64,000 nt of DNA from contig NC_068984.1 in NCBI RefSeq assembly GCF_001194135.2, forward strand, positions 176,799 through 240,798, read 5' to 3'. The position numbers and the translations under genes are program-made. The notes beneath the pieces were generated by a model, which was not told where the DNA came from, made no database searches, and saw nothing but the letters and a program-made list of their open reading frames with translations. This document shows positions 13,451 to 26,302 of the stretch, piece after piece (the stretch's first letter is position 1; each line of letters starts with the position of its first letter). Source of the DNA: Octopus bimaculoides. Its lineage: Eukaryota.

Positions 13451-14019
13451 AAAAATATTACAGTGGGTACCTAACAGTAGGCATAAACTTTGCAAGTAAA
13501 CTTACCATACCATGTCTATACCGACAGTCCCACAAAACAAATTGATAAGATAGGTGAGTGTTGCCTTTTCTTAGTTTTACAGATGCAAGTGTGAGGTCAC
13601 AGTGGGATGCAGTCATGGTTAGCCAACATAAGGGATAGCACAAATAAGTGCTAGACGAACAGCCAAAATAAATGCTAGGAACATTTTAAGTGGAATGCTG
13701 GAGGTGACAATGATAGTTTTCTTTGTTGAATCTGTAAAAGTAATAAAACCCAAAGTGCTGGGACCTTATTTTTATGTTTATTATTTTATTTTTCAAATTT
13801 TTGGTTGTCAAAATTACAGTGTGTCCTTGAGGACGAAGCGTCTTCAGTGCCAGGAAATACAGTATATTATGCATGATTGTATTTATTAATAGTCTTATTA
13901 TATTACGATAATAATTGATGAAGAGTTTCTAGTTTTGGTAGGTTTTTTTGGCAGATACATAGGCATGGCTATGTGTTTAGAAGCTTGCTCCCTAACCACA
14001 TGTTTTAAACCCTGAATGT

Positions 14020-14930
14020 AGAGAACATGCAAAGGGTAGAAAAAGGAATGAGGTTAGTATGCTCCACTGGATGTGTTATGTAAGAGTACATGTTCGACAG
14101 AGTGCCAGTGTTCTGAGAGAGAATTTAGGCAGAAGAGAAATTTGTTGTTGCGTGCAAGAGAAGAGACTGTGCTGGTTTGGCCATGTGATGCGGATGGATG
14201 CTGACAGCTTCATAAAGAAGTGCTGATCTCTCAAAGTAGATGGAAGGCATGGAAGTGGGAGACCTAGGAAGACATGGGATGAAGTACTGATGAATGACAT
14301 TAGGAAGCTGAACCTTTCAGGCAAGATGAATAAGGGCCGTGATGCCTGGCACCTGCCTGTACACAAGAAGACACTTACCCGGAAGCAGAAGTGTTAAGAC
14401 GGATCCGTCTTGTGACAGTGCCATATAAAAGTGCCTGTGCAGTGCCACGTAACAGCGCCTGTGTGGCACCATGTAAAAGCCCCCTTGCAGTGTCACATAA
14501 AGGTGTCCATGTGGTGCCACACTCTGTAAAGTGGTTGGCATATTAGGAAGGGCATCCAGCCATAGAGACCATGCCAAATTAGACTGAAGTCTGGCACAAC
14601 CTCCCAGCTTGCCAGCTCTGGTCACACTGTCTAACCCATGCTAGCATGGACAATAGATGTTAAATGATGATGATGATGATATATATGCAAAAAGCACCAT
14701 TCAAGCGTGGTCAATGCCAGTGCTGCCTGACTGACCCCTGTGCTGGTGGCATGTAAAAAGCACCTGCTACACTCTCGGAATGGTTGGAGTTAGGAAGGGC
14801 ATCCAGCTGTAGAAACCTTGCCAGAACAGATTTGAGCCTGGTGCAGTCTCCTGGCTTGCCAGTCCTCAGTGAAACTGTCCAACTTATGCCAGCATGGAAA
14901 GTAGATGTTAAATGATGATGATGATGTATG
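14020..14930 (+). mobile_element. RTE ORF2 end with tail, followed by a second tandem tail copy
   Basis: EKRLCWFGHVMRMD..GRPRKTW, then two AGGAAGGGCATCCAGC...(GAT)n units. Confidence 0.8.
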
Positions 14931-17195
14931 TATATTTGTGTAACTCTATGTGTGTGTGTGTGTTACTACCTCCTTGCCTTGACATCACATCAGATCATGG
15001 GGAAGTATTACCTTGCTTGGAAACAGGTAAGGTTTGGTGACAAGATGGACATCAGGCTGTATAAATCCACCTTGATAAAATTTTGGTCAGCCCAAGCAAG
15101 CATGGAAAACTGGATGTTAAATATATGATAAAGATGATGAATGATGAGCTTTTTTTTCACAAAGCTTTGGTCAGCCTAAGGCTAAGGTAGAAAACACTTG
15201 CCCAAGGTGCTCTGCAGTGAGACTGAACTGAAGGTCACATGGGTGGGAAGCAAGCTTCTTAACCACACAGACTCACGTTGCAGCTAGTTTTCCCTGCACC
15301 ATACTAAAAATGGGGTGTATGAATGAGACGCAGGTCCTCTAATGCCTCTGAGAGGTCAATGATCCCAAATAAGAACTGATTTGAATGATTTGGGAGTGGA
15401 AAGGATTTTGTAAAAATATAATGAAAAAACTTCAAAATCAATTCTTCACTGTTTCTTGGTGCTTTAGACCAAAGTCAGTGGAGTAAATATTGTGTACATG
15501 ACCCTTTTCTAAGACAAGCAGCAAAAAAAGGAATAAGTCATTGTCAAACTGGGTTCCTTGCAATAGAGTGGGCTCCACTAAAGGCGTTAAAGAACCAGGA
15601 GTCTGTGTGTCTGGGAGTGGAGTTAAAGTAAGCAACAGTTTATGTCTACCACCCAAGAACAATAATAATTCCTTCAACTAAACTTCCAAACCACATTTAG
15701 ACAACAACGCTTTGATTGACTCAAAGTAACAGAAGACACTTGTCCAAGGGGTCATTAGGGGGATTGAACCTTAAACGACATGTTTGAGAAGCAAGCTTTT
15801 TAAGCACACCATCATACATGTTTATGTAGATCCATTTCCTCTACAAGACTTTCAACAAGAGATAAATTTGGAGTTGCACAAAAACAAAATTTTCAAATGT
15901 CATTTATGGAAATATTGAGGAATAAATTCCATGAACTTTCACTGGCACCGATTTCTAAATGCTGCTGATTCTTAGCATAGTTTAGATGTTCCACAGCAGA
16001 ACTGTATAAATGTCAACAGTTGTTCTCTTCAAAAACTTTACTTATGATTACCAAACCTAGTCTGCTGTTGTTGCTTAGTCCCATCTATCACCGCCGCCGC
16101 CACCGATACCATCACCACCATCATCATCAGTGCATCATCAATCAGAAATGACATAACCAATTCTTAATCTGTTGCGAAGTTGCTATGTGCCAGTTCATGA
16201 TCTTGGTACTCAATCTTTTCACTTCTAGCATCATGACAGGTAAGAGAAATCTTATCTTGTTGTTGTTCTTCACTATAGAATATATCTAGAGATTCTAGCC
16301 AATGCTGTATATAATACATCGAAAGGTAGTAGTCCCACCTCTAGCAATTTATCTAGAATATCCATCAAACAAAAGCTTCCTTCATCCACTGCACAAGCTG
16401 TAAGCTCTCATTTCTTCTAAATTACAGTTGAACTTTTGAGCTTTTTGAGCCAGATAAATCACAGGACTTCAAATTTTCAATCAAGATGGTTCTAGAAGCA
16501 GGAAATCTACCTTTGAAGCAATCACATCTCCTGAGAGAGTGGGTGATGAAGGATGGTAAATAAGATCGGTGCCAGTGCTACCTGATTGGCTCCCATGCAG
16601 GTGGCATGTAAAAAGCACCCACTACACTCTCAGAGTGGTTGGCGTTAGGAAGGGCATCCAGTAGTAGAAACCATACCAAATTCAGAGTGGAGCCAGGTGC
16701 AACCTACTGGCTTGCCAGTCCTCAGTCAAACCGTCCAACCCATGCCAGCATGGAAAACGGATGTTAAATGATGATGAAGAACAAAGAGATGATGCCAGAA
16801 AAAGCAAAGGTTACATAAAGAAGTTCATTAGCTTACAACTGTTTCTGTTATGCGATGCAGTGGACTCTTACTTGAGTATACAGGTAACATCCTTTAGCTT
16901 CATCAGAACCGTAAATATGAAGTACACTTTATTTGGGGAAATTACATTTTTGGAATATACAGGCATTACAAGTGAGAAATTTTATGTTGATGCCTATAGA
17001 AAATCCTGTCCAAGAGTAGAAAAAGTGAGTTTTCTTTTCCTTTTCATTCTGGTGTAAATACATGTGTATATTTGCATACTTTTTCTATTTTTGGACACCT
17101 TGGGCGAGTCTCTTCCACTATAGCCTCAGGTCAACCAAAGCCTTGTGAGTAGATTTAGCAGACAGAAACTGAAAGAAGCCCATTGTGTATATATG

Positions 17196-17236
<41 letters not shown>

Positions 17237-18602
17237 NNNNNNNNNNTGTCCAAGAGTAGAAAAAGTGAGTTTTCTTTTCCTTTTCATTCTGGTGTAAATA
17301 CATGTGTATATTTGCATACTTTTTCTATTTTTGGACACCTTGGGCGAGTCTCTTCCACTATAGCCTCAGGTCAACCAAAGCCTTGTGAGTAGATTTAGCA
17401 GACAGAAACTGAAAGAAGCCCATTGTGTATATATGTATGTCTGCTGAGTGGTTGGGGTTAGGAAGGGCATCCAGCTGTAAAAATTCTGCCAAAACAGTCA
17501 CAGAAGTCTGGTGCAGGCTTTTGCCTGGTCGGCTCTTGTGGAACTGTCCCACCCATGCTAGCATGGTAGGTGGATGCACATTACTACACACCACACCCTA
17601 GAAACAGCTGTAAAGGATTTTTGAACTTTCAGAATTTATACCTACCTATGAATAATTACTATAAGCTTTCACTTTCCTATTTTGCTGCTTCATTTATATA
17701 TATATCTATACTGACTTCTGTACACCCATTTTGTAAATGCTTTGATGCCATTAACACCTGCCTGTCCATCTCTCATTCTAATGCACTGCTGTTAACTCAG
17801 CTGGTACATTGTGTAAAGCTTACTTTTGTTTGCCTGGATTCCACTCCTCTCTTTGTTTGGTGTTGGATTTTAGGTATATGGTCTGATCTGAGTGCTATTA
17901 TATGTCTTTGATGTATTCTTATCTGACATTCAGTGATGGTTGTAAACAAGTAACGCCATCATACAAGAGATGTTATCCATTTCCTGCCTCCCGGGGAAAA
18001 ACGTTTAGCTACAGGGGATATTACCTTTCTTGGAAACAAATAAGGATGGAGACAGAAAGAGCTTCTGGTTGTAGAAAATCTGCCTCAATGAAATCCGTCT
18101 GAACCATGTAAACATGGATTAGTGACGTTAAACGATGGTGGTGGTGATGATGATGATGGAATAGATATATGTTATTTACACTATTAAATTACGAAATATC
18201 CTATGAAGTAGCTATCTTGCAGTACAGTGCATTAGACACTAAAATGTTATAAACACCCAGGAAATCATTCACATATATGTAACCAGTTTAACAACTTTTC
18301 TAGAGAAATTAAATTGTGTTCCCTTGAACTGAAAATGCTTTCATTAAGAACAATTCTGGGCCATTTGTAGCTACTTTCCTACTTGAGCAACACCGGATAT
18401 TCGGCTTGTATATATATATATGTATATATATTTCTATTATTTTTTATATGCAGAAGTTACTAAGTAGCTCAAGGGTCAAGAGTTCGCACACAGCATGTGT
18501 CATACACGCAACTCTCGACCCCTATGAATTTAAAATAGTAATAAAAAAAATATGTACATATTCATGTTTTGAGTTCTATTTTCTCTTTTTATCTCATAAA
18601 AC

Positions 18603-18647
<45 letters not shown>

Positions 18648-18659
18648 ATGACTGCTATG

Positions 18660-18960
18660 TCGGTGAGAGGGAACCTTTTAAATATTACTGGCAAAGTTTA
18701 GGCGTAAGCCGAGCCGATGAGATTTTAGCGAACCTATTTCGAACAACTAATTCTCAACCGTTACAGGACTAGTAAAGTCACACTATATCGCCCGATTAAA
18801 AAACAAAAGACGAACAGACTGTTATAATAATGTTTATATTTAGCATCATTAAATGTTTCTGGGTTATTAAATCTCCACCCATTTAGTGCGGAATAGTGAT
18901 TTCCGTTACGTCAGCACCTCTTTCAACCAATCAGAACCGTTAGATTTAAACAGTGAGGAT
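18660..18960 (+). promoter_or_regulatory. ECT2 promoter region
   Basis: Local CpG enrichment in otherwise CpG-poor DNA. Contains ETS-like CGGAA/TTCCG (about 18889-18905), TTACGTCA (18906-18913), CCAAT (18927-18931) and CHR-like TTTAAA (18945-18950) directly before the ATG. Confidence 0.65.
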
Positions 18961-18982
18961 ATGGCGGAGAATATGAATTCTG
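18961..18982 (+). CDS. ECT2: ECT2 coding exon 1 (MAENMNS-G)
   Basis: ATGGCG start in a CpG-rich promoter, followed by a strong G|GTAAGA donor (phase 1). MAEN matches the vertebrate ECT2 start, and the phase fits the downstream exons. Confidence 0.8.
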
Positions 18983-20879
18983 GTAAGAATCACCTTCAAT
19001 TATTTTCTTTACTAAAACGACGACAAACCATTGAAGAATTTAAAAGCAGTAAATATATATATATACATATTGATATATTTGATAATCTTATAATGACGTC
19101 TTGATAATCTTATACAACCATTATTGTTTCAAGCAAATCGACGTGCAACTGTCATTCATTAATCTCAATCAATGACAAAACTCTTTATTCATTGTTTATC
19201 AAATTATTTTTTGATTCGTTCATCTTTTTCATTAATTCTAGAATATTAAATAGGATTCCAGTTTCTAATTCCTTCTAAATATTTATTATCCACACTATTT
19301 TCGAACTTACAAATTAAAAAAGAAACCGACACAATTCAAGCGAAGTCTCTGCCGTCTGCAAAGTTTTTTTGTAATTTTGACAAAAATTTTGTTTTTTTTT
19401 CTAATTTATTTTCTCTACTTGTTGATAACGGAAAATGTTTGTGATGTTTATATAACAACATTCTGTCTCCTATTCTTCTAATAATAATAATGTTCCTCTT
19501 CAATTTTTTCAAGAAACAAAAACTTATGTGTTCTGTTTTTGCATAACTAGTCCACCTCTTTCGTATGTATGCATGTTGTGTATATATATATGTCTGTTTT
19601 CATGGTTCACACACAGAAATTAGAGTTTGCTCGTTGGATCTAATCTATTCAGCTTCGGTAAGAATACTCACGCCACTCGGTTGTGGCATTTAAAAGGGTT
19701 ACGCCGAAAAAAGGGTGGGGTGCACATTCTTTACCTTCGCCGGATTGGGATGAAACCCCATAGACACTAGTGAGGCGTTGACTTTTCCAATTCCCCTCAA
19801 ATCTTAAAAATATATAGATTTCTTTAGCGGTAAGAGACCGTACTCCAGCCTGGTTACTAATGTTGGCTTTTGCCAAACGGTAGCAAGAGAGCTTCACGCA
19901 AAGCACTGTCTTATATTAATTGAGACGACAACGAAATTCACCCTGAAACAATTGTTCATTAAAATAGGTGGATCTCTGTCGTGCCTACACTCAATAGAAG
20001 TGTTCCAAATTTTAGCTTTATAAGTAGAGCAAATCTATTTTAGAAATTTGTAACAAACTGGTTTTAGATATTTGAGAAAAATAATGTAAAAATGTACACT
20101 AAAGCCAAATAATATTTCCCTCTCTTAATTTATTAATATATCACGACTTCATAATTTTTGCTCTGAGATACTTCCATCACATAGCATAAAATGATTTCAC
20201 GTCTTTTTCATAAATTTAAATACACAATTCCTTAAAGTCCACGACCTCTGTTGCAAACTAATTTTCTTCGTCATAGCTGCGATAGTTTTAATCAATTGAT
20301 TTGACAAAAGAAACGTGTCAAATATTGGTCTGTAACAGTGAGTCTATCTACATTGATAAAGAGACCTAACTGTCCCATTTTAACAAAAACGCACCTGTAT
20401 GTCTACCTGTAACAAAATACCTCCCCTTTCCATCATCTTATCTCACAATACTAGTGTCTGTTTAGTGTTTTTTTTTCACAAACATTCCTGGAATTTTTTC
20501 TTCATTCTTCAGTAAATTGGCATTTTTTTTTAGCTAAGGGTTATCAGTGACTAAGCAGAGCTATCAAAGCGTTCCAGTTGTGCCCATCCCTTATTCTTTT
20601 CAGACGTAATGTCTTTAGTCTTACATTATATGTACAATGCGTTCTCGATTTAGTTTTTTCTTTTAAGATAAAAGATGCGATTTAAGGGAGATTTGGCTGC
20701 TATTTCTAGTTGATCGTTCGACTAATTAATGTTTATAATTGTCGTATATTATCTTACTGAAGTTTATTTAATAGAACTTTTAAACTGAGTATGGAAAGGT
20801 GAAGAATGTGTCTTACTTGTCACTTTTTAAACAATCCTACTTAGATCTTAAAAAATAATTGTTTTGTTAATTTTTAATC

Positions 20880-20957
<78 letters not shown>

Positions 20958-22769
20958 GTAGTGATGTATCTCCTTCAATGCAAGACATCTATTTCTGTCC
21001 CTCTACTCTTACTCTAACCTCTCATCACCTGGCATAAAACTACCTACCACAATACTACTCTCCCTTTATTTGAGGGGGTCTTGTAAGCTACTTGGTAACC
21101 ATAGTGGTGTTGGTGCCATGTAAAAAGCACCCAACACATTCTGTAAAGTGGTTAGTGTTAGGAAGGGCATCTAACCGTGGAAATCATGTCAAAGCAGTCA
21201 GTTGAGCTTGGCACAGTCTTCTAACTTTCCAGCTCCTGTCAAACTATCTGACCCATGCTAGCATGGAAAACAGACGTTAAATGAACAAACTCAGAGGAAG
21301 CTTGCATGACTGAACTCTAGGGGTGCAGCCCAAGGATTATTTCCCTAAACATTGCTTGCTACACATTTTTCAATCTAAAGTATCTCTATGCACACGCTCA
21401 GCTGCTATTAGTGGTACAAACATTTTTTTCTTCTAATTACTATGTTTATTAAACAGCCATATAAGAAAAAGAGAGTCTGTGGTTTACAAAAATGACAAAT
21501 GACAATTTCTAGGCACAAAAAAATTGTTTATAAGCAAACTATAAAGATATGATAAGACTACTAGAAATGAACTATGTATCCTCGTTATAAAATGATATTA
21601 GAAACAAAATATCTCTATTTAATAATAGTCGATATGAATGTTGGTTGGTTGATTTCACTAGTCATGCTTTATGTGGTGTAGAGAATGGGTGCAAGAGAGT
21701 AAAAGAAAGGTGCAGGATGAATGCACATACTTGGCTTGGTGGCAGGCAATGCATAAAAGAACATTACATATATATATATATATATACAGTGAGAGAGAGA
21801 AAGAATTGTAGAGACAGTAATGGGAAGAGTTACGCAAACGATAAATTTGCTTCATTTGATTTTAAGATAATATTTTCCATTTTGAAAATCAATATTCATT
21901 TTGTCATTTTGTATAAGCATCAGGAAATGGGATAATACTCAAATTATAATTGTTGCATGTATACCATATTTCCTGATACTATCCATAGAGGTAGAAGTAT
22001 ACTTCCAAAGTAGCTGGTCACATGTCAGGTAACACTCTAGTATATGTATATGCATGCACATATATATTATTTACTCTAAAAGGATTCCTTGTCCAAATCT
22101 GGAATGGTTATCTCTTACCAAATTTGCTGAACCAGTCTTTTGTATCACTACAGACACATGCATGGTTGTGTGGGTTGGAAAGCTTGCTTCCCAACTATGT
22201 GGTATTGAGTTCAGTCCCAATGTGCAGCACCTTGAGCAAATTGTCTTCTACTGTAGCTGAAGCCAGGCTGACCAAATCCTTGTGAGTGGATTTGATAGTT
22301 GGAAACTGGAAAAAACTTATATAAAGCTCCTGCAGTTATTTCGAACACTGTCCTGTGTCCATGACTGATCTATCTCACTGTGCATGTGTATATCACTTAA
22401 CATCCCTGTCCTGTGCAGACTTTGGTTAGATGGTTTGACAGAATCTGGTGTGTCCTAGGATTGCATCACACTCCAATGTCTGCTTTGGAATGGTTTTCAC
22501 TTCTGAATGTCCTTCCTAATGCCAACCACTTTAAAGCATGAACTGGTTGCTTTTTTTCGTGCCATCTGCATTATTGTGGTTGCTATACAGTTTTGCAGGA
22601 CAATAAGCCCTGGGGGAGGTGTGTGTAGGGTAACTTTATTATGATAGAGGTAGGGCAGAGCAGGTTCCTTCAAAGGGGTTTGCATGGCTATTCACATTTA
22701 GTAGGGGAAAAGGAGGGTGAGAAAGAAAGAGACAATGACCATTAGGGGCTGCAATAAATAGATAATGAA

Positions 22770-24098
22770 TATATGTATATATAGATATCTATATACACAT
22801 ATAAATCTTAGTCTTAGTAAGTAGGAAGGCAAACAAATCACAAATCCCTTCAGGTAGATGGCCCTGCTCAGTTTGCAGAAAAGATGTAGGTAGAAACTCC
22901 ATAAGAAGTACCTGGTGAAAGCTATGGACACATAAGAGGTGCAGCAATATCAAAGGAAAGTTAACTGGGAAGATAGTCTTTGTGTGTGGCAGATGCACAG
23001 GGACAATAAACACCTTCCATCACATGCCAGGGGGAAAAACTAGGAGTAGTTGATAGCTTCTGTTTCCTAGGTAACCAAGTCAGTTGTAGGGGTGGATGCG
23101 CTGAGAGCGTAGCTGCTTGAATAAGAATAGCTTGGGCAAAGGTCAGAGAGCTCCTACCTCTACTGGTAACAAAGGGCCTCTTGCTCAGAGTGTAAGGTAG
23201 ACTGGACTGTATGATGCCTGCGTATGAACAGTCATGTTACATGGCAGTGAAACATGGGGTGTGACTGCTGAGGACATGCGTAGGCTTGCAAGAAATGAAA
23301 CTAGTATGTTCTGCTGGATGTGTAATGTCAGTGTGCATGCATGACAGAGTGTAAGTGCCCTGAGAGAAAAGTTGGACATAAGAAGCATCAGATGTGGTGT
23401 GCAAGAGAAACGACTGCGCTGGTATGGTCATGTGTTGCGTATGGATGAGGAGAGCTGTGTGAAGAAGTGTCACACTCTAACAGTGGAGGGAACCTGTGGA
23501 AGAGGTAGACCCAGAAAGACCTAGGATAAGGTGGTGAAGCATGACCATCAAACATTGGGCCTCACTGAGGCAATGACAAGTGACCGAGACCTTTGGAGAT
23601 ATGCTATGCTTGAGAAGACCCGGCTAGCCAAGTGAGATCGTATCTGCGGCCAATGCCAGTGTCGTATAACTGGCTTGTTTAAAAGTACCCTTCAATCGTC
23701 TGGCAATATATTGTGCTTGAGAAAACCTGTTGAGTCAAGTAAAATCATTGTTGTGGCTGATACCAGTGCCACCCTACTGGCACCTGTGCTGGTGGCACAT
23801 AAAAAGCACCATTTGAGTGTGGTCAATGCTAGTGCTGCCTGATTGGATCCTGTGTAGTGGCACATAAAAAGCACCATCTGAGAGTGGTCAATGCCAGTAC
23901 CGTCTGACTGGCCCCCATGCTGGTGGCACATAAAAGGCACCCACTACACTCCCGGAGTGGTTGGTGTTAGGAAGGGCATCCAGCTGTAGAAACCTTGCCA
24001 GAAAAGATTTGAGCCTGGCACAGCCACCTGGATTGCCAGTCCTCAGTCAAACCATCCAAGCCAGCATGGAAAGCGGATGTTAAAAGATGATGATGATA
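22770..24098 (+). mobile_element. 5'-truncated RTE LINE
   Basis: Same ORF2 3' end and UTR as the 54400 copy, ending ...GTTAAAAGATGATGATGAT. Confidence 0.9.
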
Positions 24099-24846
24099 TC
24101 AGACCTAATTCAGTCAAACCCTGACTTCTGACAGTGACTGGTATGAATTTGAGGTCAACTGCACAAGCCTGCAAATGGATCGGGTTTCAGTTCCAAAATA
24201 ACCCAGACCCTCCCCCTCCTCCAGACAATATTACCATCCAGTGAAGCAAATATGGAATTACTCATTGGAAGAATTCACAGAGTGATTAACAACTAATAGT
24301 AGTCACAGATGTTAAATACTGATCGATGTGGTTAGCCAGAAACTGGAATCTAACTGAGAGCCACCACAGCATCTGCCCAGATAATATATCCCTCCAAACT
24401 CACATTTATATGACATGGAGAAAGACTTTGACAGGGTCCTCCATGTTATATCCAAACACAGCTTAATGACAGTCACTTGATTAAATTCTTCATTATTTTC
24501 AAAATGAATTAAAGGAAGTGTATTCCAATAGGAATATGGGTAAGAAAAGGATTAAGATAACAGTCTGTTGTTCTGCTGGTAGAAGGTTCCATGAAACGGT
24601 ATGGTGATGCAGTAGGGAATTCTCTTGTGGTTTCTTCTGAATATGTTCCAATGTTGGAAGAGGAAGCAATCTTATCTTTATTGTGAGTTTGGCAAATATT
24701 AATGTGTGAAGCTGTCTTACATAAAAAGTGACCCAGACATATGTAAGAAGGGAGTATTTATTTAAAGTTTACAGAAAGACTAGTATAATGAAGGTTTTTA
24801 TTCCATATAATATAGAAATAAGTAGTTCTTACATCTAGGTATTTAA

Positions 24847-25062
24847 CCCCTTAGTATTCAGGTTATTTTGTTAAATTTGATGCTTATTTATTTGCATTGC
24901 TTTGAATTAATCATGTATTCTCATAGCTTAAAGATTTCAATGGCGTGACTTTATTTTAGAAGGACATTGTAGGGCAGGTATGAGTGGCCAGATCTAGTCA
25001 GTTTGATTGTAAAGTATATAGAATATATTGGGCCTGATATGGTTGGTTTAAATGCTAAAGGG
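24847..25062. mobile_element. piggyBac-like MITE
   Basis: TTAA|CCCCTTAG ... CTAAAGGG|TTAC ends. A related TTAACCCTTTTAGC end occurs at about 2388. Confidence 0.6.
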
Positions 25063-25920
25063 TTACATGTCAGATCTCCTTCAAAAACTATAGTGAAAGT
25101 TCTGATTGCTGGAAGAAATGGATATTTAATCACAGTTGGTGATAAGTAGAGAATATTGGTTTGAAATGAGGAGAAAAAAAAATAGAGTCATGGCCTTAGT
25201 TTAAGAGTGAATGATGTAGATGGAGAAATGAGAGAAAAAAAACCCCTACCAAAAAACAATAAATTCTTCAATGGAACAACTAGACTGGAGATTGCAACTA
25301 ATTTCATGTTATATACTTGCCAAGTATTCCTTTATAGTGTAAAGGTTGGTATTGCATTAGTAGTTAAATTTCTCACCTGGGAAATATATGAAATAGATCA
25401 TGCATATATATATATATATATATACTTGCTTGATTAATAGGTAATGTGAATTAACTAAGATCAAAGCAGTTTCATTTTCCTTTGAATCTAAACACTTTTG
25501 ATTTATTATACATAAGGTATATTTCTTAGTTTTTTTTTTTAAAGAATGGTTGGCAGCTTGGTTGATGGTTGTATTTAACTGACATCAAGGAATGATACTC
25601 CAACTTACTTTAAATTTGGATGTCAGTGTTATGTAAACCAAGAAAATGTAGCTTTTATATGTTATGTAATGTTAGTGTTTTATCATGGTGAGAACTCTAA
25701 AATCAGTAATACTTAATCTTTCCTAAATTACTTCTGGTTATTTTCTGTTAAGTCAACACAAGTGCTGAAAGTATTTGTTGCGTAATATAATCAGTGTTAG
25801 AATTTTAAAACTTTCCTTATATGAAAGAGGTAACCTATACTGAACCTTTACTGAATTTTTCCATCTCTCTGACACAATATTATTTAAGAATTTTTCATGC
25901 TCAATATTTTTACCATTTAG

Positions 25921-26001
25921 GTATCTCTTTTGATACGTCGGCCACACCAAATAGGCAATTAAATGCCAAGACTCTGTCCACCAGATCTATACTGAAACCT
26001 G
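25921..26001 (+). CDS. ECT2: ECT2 N-terminal exon (GISFDTSATPNRQLNAKTLSTRSILKP)
   Basis: ttttaccatttAG acceptor and G|GTATGT donor. The 81-nt exon is open only in phase 1-1, which links exon 1 to the 35109 exon. Confidence 0.65.
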
Positions 26002-26268
26002 GTATGTATGAATTCTAGTTGTCTTGCACGTCTTTTATAGTTCCAACCAATAACTGTCTGTGTCATCCTGTTTGTCCTGTGTTTCAATATTTTCATTTGG
26101 AATGGTTTCTGCAGATCAGTATCACATACACGATTATTGACAACTAATATGTGTGTGTGTGTGTATACTTATACACACACACATACATAATATATATACA
26201 TACATAATATAAATATATATATATATACATTATATATATATATATACATTATATATATATATATACAT

Positions 26269-26302
<34 letters not shown>

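Noticed and set aside
17007-17440. Apparent ~200-bp direct duplication
   Set aside because: The identical copies flank a 10-N gap, so this is an assembly overlap artefact. The same applies to about 39455-40023 and 44825-44953.
19690-19710. Telomerase RNA template (TAACCCT on the minus strand)
   Set aside because: Only 7 nt with no alignment region, and no recognisable pseudoknot or H/ACA box. The single CCCTAAC at about 62126 is also not telomeric.
25984-26001. SILK motif suggesting KNL1 or RIF1
   Set aside because: The downstream exons clearly match ECT2 BRCT0 and no RVSF exon was found.
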